Shown in pieces: positions 10,973-24,000 of a DNA stretch of 64,000 nt. The stretch comes from Eledone cirrhosa (lineage: Eukaryota), in contig OZ024743.1 of NCBI GenBank assembly GCA_964016885.1, forward strand, positions 126,542,001 to 126,606,000, given 5' to 3'. Position 1 is the first letter of the stretch. Each line of letters starts with the position of its first letter. Position numbers and translations under genes: made by a program. Under the pieces are notes generated by a model. It worked only from the letters and a program-made list of their open reading frames with translations. It had not been told where the DNA came from and made no database searches.

Positions 10973-11747
10973 TGATTTGTTATTTTGTGTTACTCCTTTG
11001 TTCTCTCCCACATTATTTTGTTTTTGTGTGTCGTGTGGTGTATACTTGGTTTGAATACTGGTGCGTGTGTTTTTAGTATCTTTCAAATATCTTTCAACAT
11101 GTTAAAATATCCCCCACACACGTACAGACACATTCCTACTGACCGATCCCTTTACCACGAATTACTCTGCTACACACACACATATTTGTCTTAATAGGCA
11201 CCTGAACTGTTGACCTTTCAACATGACTGCACATCCTACTAACCATTATCACAACAATGAACCTCTTTACTACACACACACACACATATTTGTCTTAAAA
11301 GACTTATTTTTCAGTGACTTCTCAATCAGGCGAAAAAGGACACTCTTCGACAAATCTACATTTGGCGCAAAATCAATTTTTAACATTCACGTGACCTCTA
11401 CCGACCAATCAAAATTGTTTTGACCACAAGAATTTTTGCAACACGAATTGGCGCGAAACTTATTTTAATACCTCTGGAGCCACTTTTTTCACATAAAACA
11501 GGTAGAATTTCCAAAACTAATCAGATTAGAGCAAACATCACGGGCGCTCTATCTCAAAATTATTTTTGAAAAGCATTAGAAATGCGCAACCGGTAAAAAA
11601 TTAAAACTAAAACTGAATACTAACCAATACTTATTACTAACTTTTACTTATTCCTAATTAAACTATTTTTCACTGGGAACAATTTGTCAGCATTTTCTTT
11701 TCCTTTTACCAATATATCACAACTCGTGTGTTACACCTCTATTCTTT

Positions 11748-11786
<39 letters not shown>

Positions 11787-12497
11787 GCTCACTCTGCCAT
11801 ATGTGATTCTGGAAGCGGAGTTTCCTATATACACCTTCTATGTAACGGGACAGCCATCACGATTTGTATTTACTGTGGTATAGTTGTATACGGTACGACA
11901 CATTGGTTGGACGCCAACTTGGACATACAGTGAATTTCACCTGGGACGTTGGGTTGAGCGACCGAACGTGGGGACTTTGGGGAATGCCAGTTATTGCGGA
12001 CCTGGCGTGTTTTCAATTTCCTCACATGTGTGTCGGCTGTACATGTACCATACATTTCTTTAACTCATCGTACTTTCTTTTATTTTTTTATTTTAGATTT
12101 TAGGTGTATATCCCAGACCGCCTATGGTGATAAATCCCCTGGGTATTGGTTTTGGAAAAATAGTGTTATCTCACTTAACGTTCGGAACTGGAACATATCG
12201 ATGTGATTCGTAGGGTGCTGATATGATAAGGAGAATCGACCTGTTACAAGGCGATATAATTGGAGTACACCTTCACTCATCCCCTGCTACCCTCTCCCAA
12301 CCTCTTTATCATCTATTGCACCATTTAAGTGATAAATTTTTGGTGTAATTTTTAAAGACATTTTATGACATTATGTGCATCATGTATTCTGTCTTTTTCC
12401 ATATAGCGCTGGCCTCGGGACCTCCCTGCTTGTCCTTTAACCTTGTTCTGGTAACGCAGCTCGATGGAGCATGCAACTATTGATATACTCTTGTGTT

Positions 12498-12548
12498 ATA
12501 GGCTCTGATGATTCTTGCCATGGGGTATGGATGAAACACTGTTTGCTA
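12498..12548 (+). ncRNA. Degenerate hammerhead motif in Penelope-like repeat
   Basis: CTGATGA (12505) ... imperfect stem II ... GAAAC (12533) ... GTT, followed by AATAAA. Confidence 0.45.
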
Positions 12549-12701
12549 ATAAAACAATGTATTTCTAAACACTCTTTGGTTATTCCTATAACTATAACGG
12601 CTCTGTAGTATACTAGTTATCCTACATTGAGCTAAAACCACACTGTCATACCAAGGGCAATATATCTGCGTGTCTGGGCATATTGATATATTTGTCAACG
12701 A

Positions 12702-12763
<62 letters not shown>

Positions 12764-12771
<8 letters not shown>

Positions 12772-13316
12772 ATACTTGGGGAGGGTCATATTTACGTAAT
12801 ATTGCCAGAATTAATAACAGAACACGCTCACTGTTTGGTTGGTTTTCGCTTCTCGCTGTCTTTTATATCTGCGATCTAACTTACTCGGTCCTCAATGTTG
12901 CCATTGACTGACCGACGGTCAAAAATAATACAGATACAATATAGACACAAACACATATATATAGTTTACATAATTTACATAAATCTTTCGTTGCACATCT
13001 GCAACATCGTCAGTGGTGTTATATTCTTTGTTCCTCCTGTTGTGTTGTATGTCTACGCCATTTTTTATTCAGTCTGCCTATATATTTATTTATTTATTTG
13101 CTTGTTTGTTTATCTTATTTTATTTTGTCTTCTTTGCGCATGCGTGTGTGTATAGTGATATGTGTGCTGTGTGCTGTGTGACTAGTGTGTATAGTGTTGT
13201 GTCTGCTGGGTGACTAGTGTGTGTTTATGTGCTTGTTGTTATTGTGCTTGTGTATGTATTTATTTATCTTATTTTATTTTATTTTATTTATAGACCCTCC
13301 CCAAGTATAACAATAT
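12764..13316. mobile_element. Element bounded by perfect 24-bp inverted repeats, containing a hammerhead motif (Penelope-like or MITE)
   Basis: ATATTGTTATACTTGGGGAGGGTC at 12764-12787 and its reverse complement at 13293-13316, between (TA)n tracts. Confidence 0.55.
12978..13018 (-). ncRNA. Hammerhead ribozyme core motif
   Basis: Minus strand: CTGACGA-T-GTTGCA gatg TGCAAC-GAAA-GATT. Perfect 6-bp stem II, weak stem I. Confidence 0.55.
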
Positions 13317-13351
13317 CTGTTTCGACACACGATTTCATATAAAAAACCTCG

Positions 13352-13423
<72 letters not shown>

Positions 13424-13461
13424 ATATGCAGATATATTGTTATATTAAGTGGTGGTGGTGG

Positions 13462-13615
13462 TATGCTGCCAATAAAAACACACGCACCTGTTACATTCCA
13501 CAGCAATTTATTATAAACTACCGGTCGGTTAGTTTAATAACCGGATGATTGTTTAGTTGTTGATTGTCAAAGCTTTTTCATCACACATTCTATGACCTCA
13601 TCAATGACTACTTTT
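13462..13615 (-). mobile_element. Second copy of the hammerhead-bearing repeat at about 10830-10980 (degenerate core 13566-13608)
   Basis: Shares ATGCTGCC-AAAACACACGCACCTGTT...AATAACCGGATG...GTCAAA...TGACCTC with the first copy. Confidence 0.6.
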
Positions 13616-13845
13616 GTTGTTACGAATTATAACCTCGAAAAACAATGACAAATTTTCATTCAGTGTCGATTCTACAATAACTTGACCCGCTATGTCAAGT
13701 TGAACCTAATCATAATCATAAATCGAGACCTATTCAACATCCTCTCAATGGAGCCAGACGAATTATCCAGGGTCGATGGAAAAAAGTTTGCTCTTGCCCT
13801 TTGCCTTTGGACTAGAAGTAGATGTCTTATCAAGACACCATTATT

Positions 13846-14018
13846 CGGTAGAGGGTCGGACGCCATGCTTTGACGCATAGAGTTACGGCCCTTGCCATTC
13901 TGAGTTCAAATTCCGCCGAGGTTAACTTTGCCTTTCATTCTTACGGGGTCGATAAAATAAAGTACCAGTAATACACTGGGATAATTGCTGGCCTTGTGCC
14001 AAAAGTAGAAACAATTAT
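13846..14018 (+). mobile_element. tRNA-derived SINE
   Basis: Same family, 5' truncated. Confidence 0.78.
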
Positions 14019-14673
14019 TAGCGATTCTTTCTTCTCAAATACTCTTGGGTCCCAAATAATAAGGGTGTGTGAATCGGTTGTCTCTGTTAAATTAAAAAAA
14101 AACAGAATTAGTCGTTTAGTACCCCAACCTAGCCTATTTATTTTATAACGTAGGGGATTTCTAGTAATGTACTTTTTTTTGTTATGTATATTGTTTTTTA
14201 ATGTATAAAGAAAATTAATTGTCGCAGGAATGCTACCACTTGAAATAAAATTTCGCCGGAGACAATACCAATTGAAATACGCGCCAATAAAAAAACATAT
14301 ACATAGTATCATGCGCTGTTAGAAATCTTACTGTCTTAACACATTGGATAGTTTTGTTCTAGATGCTACTATGTTAAAAGTCAGATGGAAACGGCTGGAA
14401 CACTTATTCAACGGTCTGACCAGGGTCAAAACAATAGTAACAATGATTGAAAAATATCAAATAGGACAGAACGCCATCTTTTTTTCCGGGGAAGAGAAAA
14501 ATAATTAAAAAAGAAAAAAGCGGAGTCAACTTAATATTTTAACCGAATTATTTAAATAGCAATATTATTTATTCTATTAAATGAAATATCCATATACATC
14601 AAAATATTATCGTATACATTATATAAACGTTTAAGAGAATAAATACATTAAATTTCACTTTCGTTGTCAATAA

Positions 14674-14746
14674 GGGCTTGTGGCGCAATGGATAACGCGT
14701 CTGACTACGGATCAGAAGATTCCAGGTTCGAATCCTGGCAAGCTCG
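14674..14746 (+). tRNA. trnR-ACG: tRNA-Arg (anticodon ACG)
   Basis: 73-nt cloverleaf with GGGCTTG/CAAGCTC acceptor stem, anticodon ACG at 14707-14709, GTTCGAATC T-loop, and a T-run Pol III terminator immediately downstream. Confidence 0.97.
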
Positions 14747-15179
14747 AATTTTTTTAAACAATGAAGATGAAAAAGAATAAATATTTGAAAGGTTATTACT
14801 TGGAAAATTCTAGATGAAATATTGTTACACCTGTAGGTTTGTGTGTGACTTTATGAACTGAATCCATTCAAAGATCGAATGGAAATTACTTATGATGCTG
14901 CTACTTTTCAAATACATATAGTTGTTGATAACAAGGAATTTAAACATACTCATATAAACTGTACAAGATAAATAACAATAAGGGAACAAATGACAATAAG
15001 AGAACGAACGAAAAATAAAAAAATTAAGCAACGAAAGAAAGGGGGAGGGAGCGACAGTCTGATAAATTCCTAAGGAAATGCATTAACGTTACGCAATCTC
15101 TCTGGTTCTCTGATCCTGAATAAGGATACACGTCACCCGTTTACTTTGGCATTAGAATTTATTATTAATCTGGCTATCA

Positions 15180-15405
15180 GTGCGATGGATTGCCCGAATC
15201 GTTAGAGCATCGGAAAAATGCTTTGCAGTATTTAGTTACGGCCTATAACGTTCTGAGTTCTAATCCCGCCGAGGTCAACTTTGCCTTTCGTCGTTTCGGG
15301 GTCGATAAAATAAAGTACTGAGGTTGATGTAATCGACTTTCCTTTCCCCACAAAACTGTTGGCATTGTGCTTAAATAAGAGATTATACAAAGTAGAAACA
15401 ATTAT
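15180..15405 (+). mobile_element. tRNA-derived SINE (related subfamily)
   Basis: Shares the GAGTTC...CCGAGGTCAACTTTGCCTTTC...GGGGTCGATAAAATAAAGTAC core. Confidence 0.7.
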
Positions 15406-15419
15406 TAATCTTACAAATA

Positions 15420-15915
15420 CAACGCAGCAACATATACGATCAAAGTGAAAGAAAGAAACAAACAAAAACAACCATCAATTCACCACCAAGTGCAACAATC
15501 GGTCGCACATTACATGGGTCAACGGAAATTTTTGAGACAAGCCAATGCCGCAGGTGATGACGAGGCTAAGGCGCTGAAAAAAAAACAGGCACCCTCACCA
15601 GCATCATCAACGATGACAAGAACTTCGCTGTCAGCGGCTCAGCTCCACCAAACGTCTCGAACGTCACAAGCTGAAAAAATAATTGTTTGATAGTTCCCAG
15701 CATTTTCTGATTTTATTCCGTTCGACAACGGAAGCAGTGACCCTCACATTTACCAAGGTATCCATGAGAGAGCAAAAGAGTCATTGACTGTAGCATCCCA
15801 GTTGAGACACCTGCCTCTTACCCAGGAACAAAGGGTAAGGCCATGCGGTCTCCTCCTTCTGGATAATCCAACAGGCTCCAGAACTGAGGCTGAGCTAGGA
15901 CCCTCTTAATGGTCA
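15420..15915 (-). mobile_element. CRE-clade LINE fragment (restriction-like endonuclease domain)
   Basis: LEPVGLSRRRRPHGLTLCSWVRGRCLNWDATVNDSFA...FETFGGA, a decayed R-P-D-G...WD RLE motif. Confidence 0.75.
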
Positions 15916-17269
15916 GGTTTAGCTCGCTTTGATCGTATATTTTGGTGCGTTGTATTTGAAATTGTATTTATTATATATGTTTATATTTTCATTCTGAAAG
16001 AATTGTGAACAATTTGTAATGTTATTTATACAACTGTGAATAAAATTATTCCTATTAAAAACATATTAATCTTGCTATTGGCAATTATTCCTATTAAAAA
16101 CATATTAATCATTCCTTAGGCATGACAATCGCAAACGGGTTTCGATTTATCAGTGTTTGACTTCAATAATTACCGACGAGATGAGATATTGATGCCTCTA
16201 TTTATTTAGGAGTATGGGCGATGGATTTGCTAGTACGATGATGCCCGATTAAAATACCTTACAGTATTTAGCTAAGTGCGTCGCGTTACGTTCTAAGGTC
16301 AAATCACGTCGGAATTGACTTACTCTTTCATTTTGTTGGGAAATCTTTATACAATTTTCTAAAAATCACAGAACTCCTAATTATATTTTCCAGAGAATCC
16401 CCATCAACTTCAATAAAAAAAAAAATGTTTTAGAGAGAATATATATACAACAGTAATTTAAAATTCCTTATCTCGCAGGACCAAATTATTTATTTAACAA
16501 AACGGCGACAACTCCGGAACCCACTTCAGAACAAAATTGGCTAAAGTCAATAAGATTAATAGCTGTAAGATATTGGCCCGAATCGATCGATTATAGCCCT
16601 GTCCTACAAATTTGAAATCAATGTTTGTTAGAGTGGTGAGGTGGATATAGAATAGAGATTTTTTAAAAAATGACAGCGCCTGACTTGTAAGTATATCCTA
16701 ATTACTTTAAAATTCGAAACCTAATCTATTGAAACGTAGCAGTTTGTATGATTAAGGAGTTCGCTTCACAATCATTTGGTTTCGGACTCGATCCCATTGC
16801 CTGGCATCTTGGGTAAATGTCATTTACCATGGCCTCGGGTCGACCTAAGCCTTGTGAACGAAACTGGGTGGACGGAAATTGTTTGGAAGCCAAATTGTAA
16901 TTTAAAAGGCCGCACACTATCACATTGACTCCCTGAAAATTACGTTAAGGATACACGTGTTTGTGGAATGCTCAGTCATTTTCACGTTAATTTCATGGAC
17001 AGGCTATCTCATTGATATTAAAACGGAATACTCGTCGTTGAAATCGACAGATGTCCATCGGAGCAGCATAGCCAGCACCACAGGGGTCTGACATGGAAAT
17101 TTAGTTACTGCTCTGTACAGTCTGAGTTCAAATCTCACCTAGGTCAACATTGCCGTTCATCCTTCCCTCAAAATTGCTGGCCTTGTGCCTAAATCAGAGA
17201 CCAACAAAGGATCATATACTTGGTTGCTCGACCTGATAGAAATAACAGCAAAATATCACTTTATCAATA

Positions 17270-17362
17270 CCCATTGCTCGTAAGGGTACTTGGCTATTCC
17301 AGCGTCTTAGTTTCGCTATCACCAGGAGTAATGCCGTGTGTGTTTTGTGTTGCGGCAGATAA
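17270..17362 (+). mobile_element. CRE-clade LINE ORF 3' end
   Basis: TWLFQRLSFAITRSNAVCVL...stop, the terminal QR-S-AI-R-NA motif. The 3' UTR likely continues downstream. Confidence 0.65.
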
Positions 17363-17986
17363 TTTTAAAGGGCAATGCCAGCATTCTCTGATAAGGTGAC
17401 AATTACAGTTGGAACGCCTTCTAGCACAGGTCTGTTCGATTATGGTTGGTTTGGAGCTAAACAACAACTTGTGTTTAGGTGTGTATACTCAGAAACATCT
17501 GTTGTGATGTGGAGATACAACTTTCCTTCCATTAGTGTTGCTCGGTTCACTTCTCAAGGAATAATACCAGTTAAGCCTTGCCCAGTGTTGTTATTACGAT
17601 AGTCATATTGATATCGATGAACTAGTTGTATAGAGATCAATTAAAACATGTTTATAAATACATTATGAACTAATGTAAGAGAGTAATGTAAAAAAATATT
17701 TAACTCTATATTCACCACAAGTATGTTTTTTCCTGGTCCAATGTCGTAATATCTTGCATGCGAAGAAGTCACGTAAATTACTTTAGACAACTGGGTTCAA
17801 ATCTGTATGAAACCTGAAATAATGTAGCATAGGAAAAAAAAAAAAAAAAGCTCGATTTGTTTTATTAATTACTTTTATTAGTTTAAGATATTTCTGCTTT
17901 ATTTATTTATTTATTTATTTATTTTCCTTTTCAAAGCCATAAATCATTGTGGTTGGTGTCTGTAGTTTAATATAATTGCGGCTAAC

Positions 17987-18023
17987 ATGGAGGATGACGT
18001 GGTACAGCAACTCTATGATGATG
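17987..18023 (+). CDS. COG5: COG5 exon 1 ([12 protein letters not shown])
   Basis: ATG in good context (AACATGG), GTAAAT donor, phase 1 matches exon 2. Confidence 0.8.
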
Positions 18024-21000
18024 GTAAATATTTACGAAATTACCTTGTTAACATTACTATTTATCTATTTAGTTCGTTTTTTTAAATGTTTAAATGCAAA
18101 CTTTCTACATCTTAAAGTTATTTCACTGTCGTTATTCTACGATAAACATCACATAAGATATGTGATTGTATTATTGACAGTAAAATTCATTTGTTGTTAT
18201 GTTGGACCTCTTGACGACGGACACACCCGTAGCCGTTAGACTGATGTGACAAAATGTTGAATAATATATGAAAACTGCTGATCCTTAAAAGGTGTAAACT
18301 TATGGAAAATCTGTAATCTGTTATTATCACATTCGGAATACAATACTAACAGAGTGTAGTTGGTGTTTTGTTTTCACTTTGAGAAAAAAAATCTACGTTT
18401 AAATATCGGGAGTAATATCATATTTCAATAGATATTGGTATATTTTAAGATTTAGCATTGATTTATATTGTTTCCTTAACAATATTTTCAAGTACTTTTC
18501 ACTGGATTAATTTTGCAGGATATGCTCATATATATAGGTACACACATGAGCCGACGAGAGACCCCTAATCTTAAAACGAACGAAACGTAACGTATATAAC
18601 ACAACGAACATGCTAAATTGGACAAGATATTTTCAATTTTTTTTTTATTTCGTGACCGATTGTCACGCATTCCCATATATATATATATATATATATTGTA
18701 AAGTATGTGTTAGTTAATTACCGATACTATTGTATGCAGGATAGAGCACTCAACGAAGTATACAAGTAGGTCTGTTTACTCCGGAGTATTGTTTATATAT
18801 ATATTCTTTATTAAGGCCGAGTTTGAGACTTGTTACTTTGAACTACAGATGAGAAATTCAGAATAACAAGACTTAAACCTAGCTTTAATAAAGAAAATAT
18901 TAACTACTATGGTATTTAGTACTTATCGCTCGATCGTCATTGCTAAGCGGATATATGAATTTTAATTTGATGTTATTAAAATAAATCATTTTATAACAGC
19001 GTTGACATGGGTCAAAGAGGTTGTTATGGTCTGAGCAATTCTTATCCAGAATTATTGCTCTCTAATATCACGTCTCTCCCGTACATTCCCCATTTTTGGC
19101 ATTGTTTTTACAGCTGGATACCCCTCCTAATATCAACTAGTGTACAGAGTGTATTGGGTGCATTTTATTGTTGCACCAACACCAGAGAGATTTTCGTGTA
19201 TTTGGCAAGTCGGAAAGATCCTCTTGACTCTATGTTGTCTTTGCCCAACCGCTAATCACTTTACAGAATAGAAACCTAAATTGAAATATAACAATTGTGA
19301 CTGGTTCTAAAAGAAATAATTGGATCCTTTGTTTTCGTTAGTTAAGCTTAGGTCAGTCCTGATTTTGCTGAAATATGTTCAAAGATGTTTCAGTCCTAAC
19401 TATTCTGTCTTTTATTGAGAAATAATTTATCTAGAACTACATTATCCAATGTATTGCGTGAAGATAATGGAATATAATTTACATTGTACCTTTTGTTATA
19501 ATTACTTGTATGTTACTGTTGAAACAAAAATAGTTTGTAATTGCATGTACATATATTTACCATTCTAATTTTCCCTTAGGTCAATCTATAATTTTTTGCA
19601 CATTCTTTTAGAAGACAATTACTTGCTTATGAAATGGCAATTTTTTTTTTTTGTTTAGTGTTTAGTTAGTGAGGAAAGAGCTATGCCCATGACCCTCTTC
19701 TGGGCCTCTTTAGACTCATTGGAAAAAGGTGACCTCAAATCAATGACTTGGCCTGAATGTTAGCAACAGAAAGTTCTCTGCAAAAGGCATCTAAGGACCA
19801 GGTGGTGGTACTAAACTGGTTTACTCTTTGTTTTCATTAGTGTTTATTTCGAAATCTGAATCAGATACAATTAAAATAAGTTTGGCAATATAGGTAAAAA
19901 GTTTATTGAAAAAGCAAGAAAATATGTTAGTTTTTTTTTTTTTTTCTTCTTTTAGATATAAACCAAGTTAAAATATTCTTATGGGATTTGGTGAAACTTT
20001 CTGATCAATGTTTCCCAACGTGTTTTGTGGGATAAGGCATCTTTTTAATAAAAGTATTATATATTATTAATATGAATAAATTCCCTCTCTAAAACAATTT
20101 TTTGTTGTATCTAATATCTCATTAAAATTAGGTGGTGTTGGAGATTGTGAGTAAAATATATTGCTGTGTTCTGCGATTTTTAGAAAATTGTATAAGGATT
20201 CTGCAACAAAATAAATTAGGAAACCACTGTATTAGATATTATTAGTGGAAGCTTTTTTAAGAGTTACCTTAATGAATGTTTTGTGCAGTACTAATTCTAA
20301 TTGAGTTACAGACTGCTACTAAAACATGTTTATTCCTCAATGTGTTTCATCTAAACATGTATTGGTTCTGCAATTTGTTTCTTGATGTTTTTAGTTCATG
20401 TCTTTGTTTCAATACTGAGGACTTATCAATACTAGCTTACACAACATTTGAAGGCATAGATTTACTATTTTAAATTGAAAAAAGATATTTTATGAGTGCA
20501 TAGCAGGTCAGCGGATGGTCTGCCAGAACACTTTATTTGCTGATTTGAAGTTGAATTCGAGCTTAACCCCAAAGTCATCCCATGTCTTAAATTTGGATGG
20601 CTTTACTATCTCTGCTGCAACTTTTTACATGTACTTGTACTACAAGTGCAAGAAGGAGGACTTATTTCCAAGCCATCCTTTGCATGGATGACATCTTTGA
20701 CCTCTACTTAGTGCTACACCAAGTGGTCTTTGCCCACAGCATTTAACAGCTGAAGCAGAAAATGCCAAGCTGAACAGTCTCCATTCTGTTTCATGTCCTC
20801 AATTTGCTCAAGGAGTTCTCTGAATTTGGATGCAATTGTATCTGCATACTTGGTCCTGATTTTCTTATCCACCAACGCTTTCCACTTTATTCTGTAGGTC
20901 GACCTGGACATGCCAGTTTTGTGGGATTCTTTGGTTTTAGTTAGTCTCAAGTTGCAGATAACTAGATGGCGATCAGTTGACATCTCAGCCCCTCTCTTAA

Positions 21001-24000
21001 CACGAACATCCATCACAGAATCAAAGAGATTAGAAACAATAACAAAATCAGTTATTGATTTCTGTCCCTGATTCCCCTTAAACCATGTGTATTTATGGAT
21101 GTCTCTGTACTGGAAGAAGGTGTTTATAATAGAGAGTCCATTGCTAGAAAAATAAGGCCTCTCTCTCCATTTGTATTTAGATCGGGATGACCGTCCCTTC
21201 CAATTACTCCCTTTCATGTCAGGTTGTCAGTGCCAACATGTGCATTAAAGTCTCCCATTAGGATATATGACTCAGTCTTAACTGTATCTAATGCTGTATT
21301 CAGACTCCTTGTTTGTTGCATAAACTTGCACCATACACTGAGACCTATCTTTCAGCCTAAACTTCAAGAGGCAAATCCTCCCTCCTAATGAGATCCAGTC
21401 CATAACACATCTGACAGCTTGGGGTTTGTGAGTATCTCCACTCCCACCTGTGCAATTGGAGGACGGCAGCAACTCTGAATAAAATCTGACTCAGATTATA
21501 ATGACCTGTCCAAGCCACACCAACAAGGGAAGAAGATATAAAATGATGATGATGATGATGATGATTTACTGTTGTTCACTTCTTAATTCCAGCTGAACTT
21601 GCCATTACTTAACTTTAATGATTTTATTGAAAAACTGTTTTTGATACTTATTGCATAACATTTTGTTTTATGAATTTGTTTCTTCTCTTTTCTTTAGAAA
21701 CCTTCAGCCCATTCCTGGATGAAAAGTTTGATGTTAAAGCTCATGCTAATAAAACTATCCAAGGGATAGCTATAGGAGAACAACTTGCAAAACTTACTGA
21801 TGGCATGGCCTTATTAGACAAGGAGATCCATAACCAGGTCAGAAAAACTGTTATTGGTTGCGCATGTTTTTGTTGGGAGCATAGATCATTGTTGAGTTGA
21901 TAGGGTTCATAACAGTTAGTTAACAGTTCAGTCTCTCGTATCCTCTTACTAATTCTGCTGTATCTGGTGAAGAATCTTAACTTTAAAATAAACCAGTCTA
22001 CTTGTAATAATTACCACAGGATTGGAACACTAATTCATGTAAGTAGAAAGAGCACTATAAAACTACTGAGAATTTCATTAGCTTGATTGGGCTCTACCAA
22101 GATAAACTTCATGAAGACAGTCTTCTGTGGTACCTCTATGACTTGATGGATTATGAGATTCACTAATATTGTTATTTTATCAGAAAGAAAGCCAGTGAAG
22201 TAGCAGAAATGGTAGTGTTGTATTAATAGACAATTACTTACTAATATATAGGAACTTGTTTATGAAACTCCTTGCAGTTGGTAAAAATAAAAGCAAACAT
22301 TAAAAATATATTTAATTTTGTTAAAAAATTCTGCTTGAGAAACAACAGATTTCTAGTAGTTGTTTGGTTGTGTAGTCTAAAACTAGAATCAAAATTGTGT
22401 ATTTGTGGTTGCGGAAAACATAGTTTCTCTTTAGTTTGAGCTTTTATTTCCCAAATCTCTACACAGTAAGACTAAAGATGTTTATATGTAATGAAATAAA
22501 TGTAATACATAGTGCATTGAATGCAGAAGATGTATAATGTTAATGTGCATGAAAAACTGAATACAAGTGAACTAAGAGAAAAACTGGGTATAAAAAGAGT
22601 TGGATGTTGTTATCATAAGAGAAAAACTGCAGTTATAGACAATGTATATATATGATGGCTGTTGCTGCATCCACACATTTGAAATATATACTATTATTTA
22701 TTTATGCATATTTATGCATATTTCACAAGGGCGGTGAATTGGCAGTATCGGTAGAGGCTCGGACATGCTTTCCAGCATAGTTACGTCCCTTTATGATCTG
22801 AGTTCAAATCCCGCCGAGGTTAACTTTGCCTTTCATCCATACGGAGTCAATAAAATAAAGTACCAGTAATGTACTGGGTAATTGCTGGCCTTGTGCCAAA
22901 AGTAGAAACAATTATTTATTTATGCATCTACTAATGATTGTTTGCATTACTTTTAGATTGTAGATCATCATGAAGATTTGCTTTCCCAGGCTACTGGTGT
23001 GGAAACCCTTGAAGGTATCTAAATTATGAATATTAAACACAATTTAAAAAATCTAAATTCATAATTCAGTTGCTTAGTTTGAAGATGAAGCAGCAATAGT
23101 TAATTATATATATATGTTGGCCAGTTTTATAAATAAAACATTGTTGCAAAACATCCTGTCCAATCCATGCCAACATGGAAAATTGGATGTAAAAACAATG
23201 ATGATGTCTAATTTTTGTTAGCAACGTAAATGGATATTAAATGATGAAGGTGATGATTGATGATACATTGTTAGAGGCTGAAAATACTAGACTGTATTAT
23301 ATTTCTTTATCTTGATTATCTAATTTTTAAAGCAATAGTACTTGGCCTACTTGTTAACATGTTGGTTGTATGTTTGATCCCTTGACCAGGCAGCACATTG
23401 TCCTTCAACAAGGCACTTTGTTTCCTTCTACTAAGCAGTGTTGTAAAAGAAACGGTTTTTTCTTGATCAGGGAAACTGGATTAGAGTTAGGTACCTTACA
23501 CTTCTTATTGCTCCTTGCACTTAGATGTTACTTCAGTTCACTCAACTGAAAAAAAAAATTGAGTACAAGTAGCAGTTGGTGGTTAACCTTTGGAGGATTG
23601 GCATGCTGTTGTACTCTCAGTTGCTTAACACCACATGGAATTGAGATAATCTTTGGCTGGATAACCCCTTGGGCTCAAGAAAGACATTTTTTTAAAGTGA
23701 TAAAAGGTGTCTCATTTCTTTATACAAATGAAAACAACAAAAGTACCATATTCTTGGCAATTATCTATTTCTTTCCCAGGTGTTCTTCAAATGATGCAAT
23801 CAAGAATTCAGTCCCTGCTTTCTGCAATGGAACGGTTAGTTTTATAAATTTCATTTCTAATCAGCCATAAAATCCTAAACAAATATAATGTTTGCAGAAT
23901 TCAAAATTGTATGGCCTGTTTTAAAAAGAATTATAATAATTTGTCCACTTGTCCACTTTAATTTTTTTTCCAATATGAGTTTTATCAGGCTATCATAGTA

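Noticed and set aside
11355-11460. E2F-like TTTGGCGC / TTGGCGCGAAA motifs as a promoter
   Set aside because: No adjacent gene start, and the motifs lie in repeat-like sequence.
9305-13506. ORFs with YIYIYI / RERERE runs
   Set aside because: Translations of (TA)n and (GA)n microsatellites.
17375-17602. 75-aa ORF upstream of COG5
   Set aside because: Lies just after the CRE stop codon, probably in its 3' UTR, with no recognisable homology or splice support.
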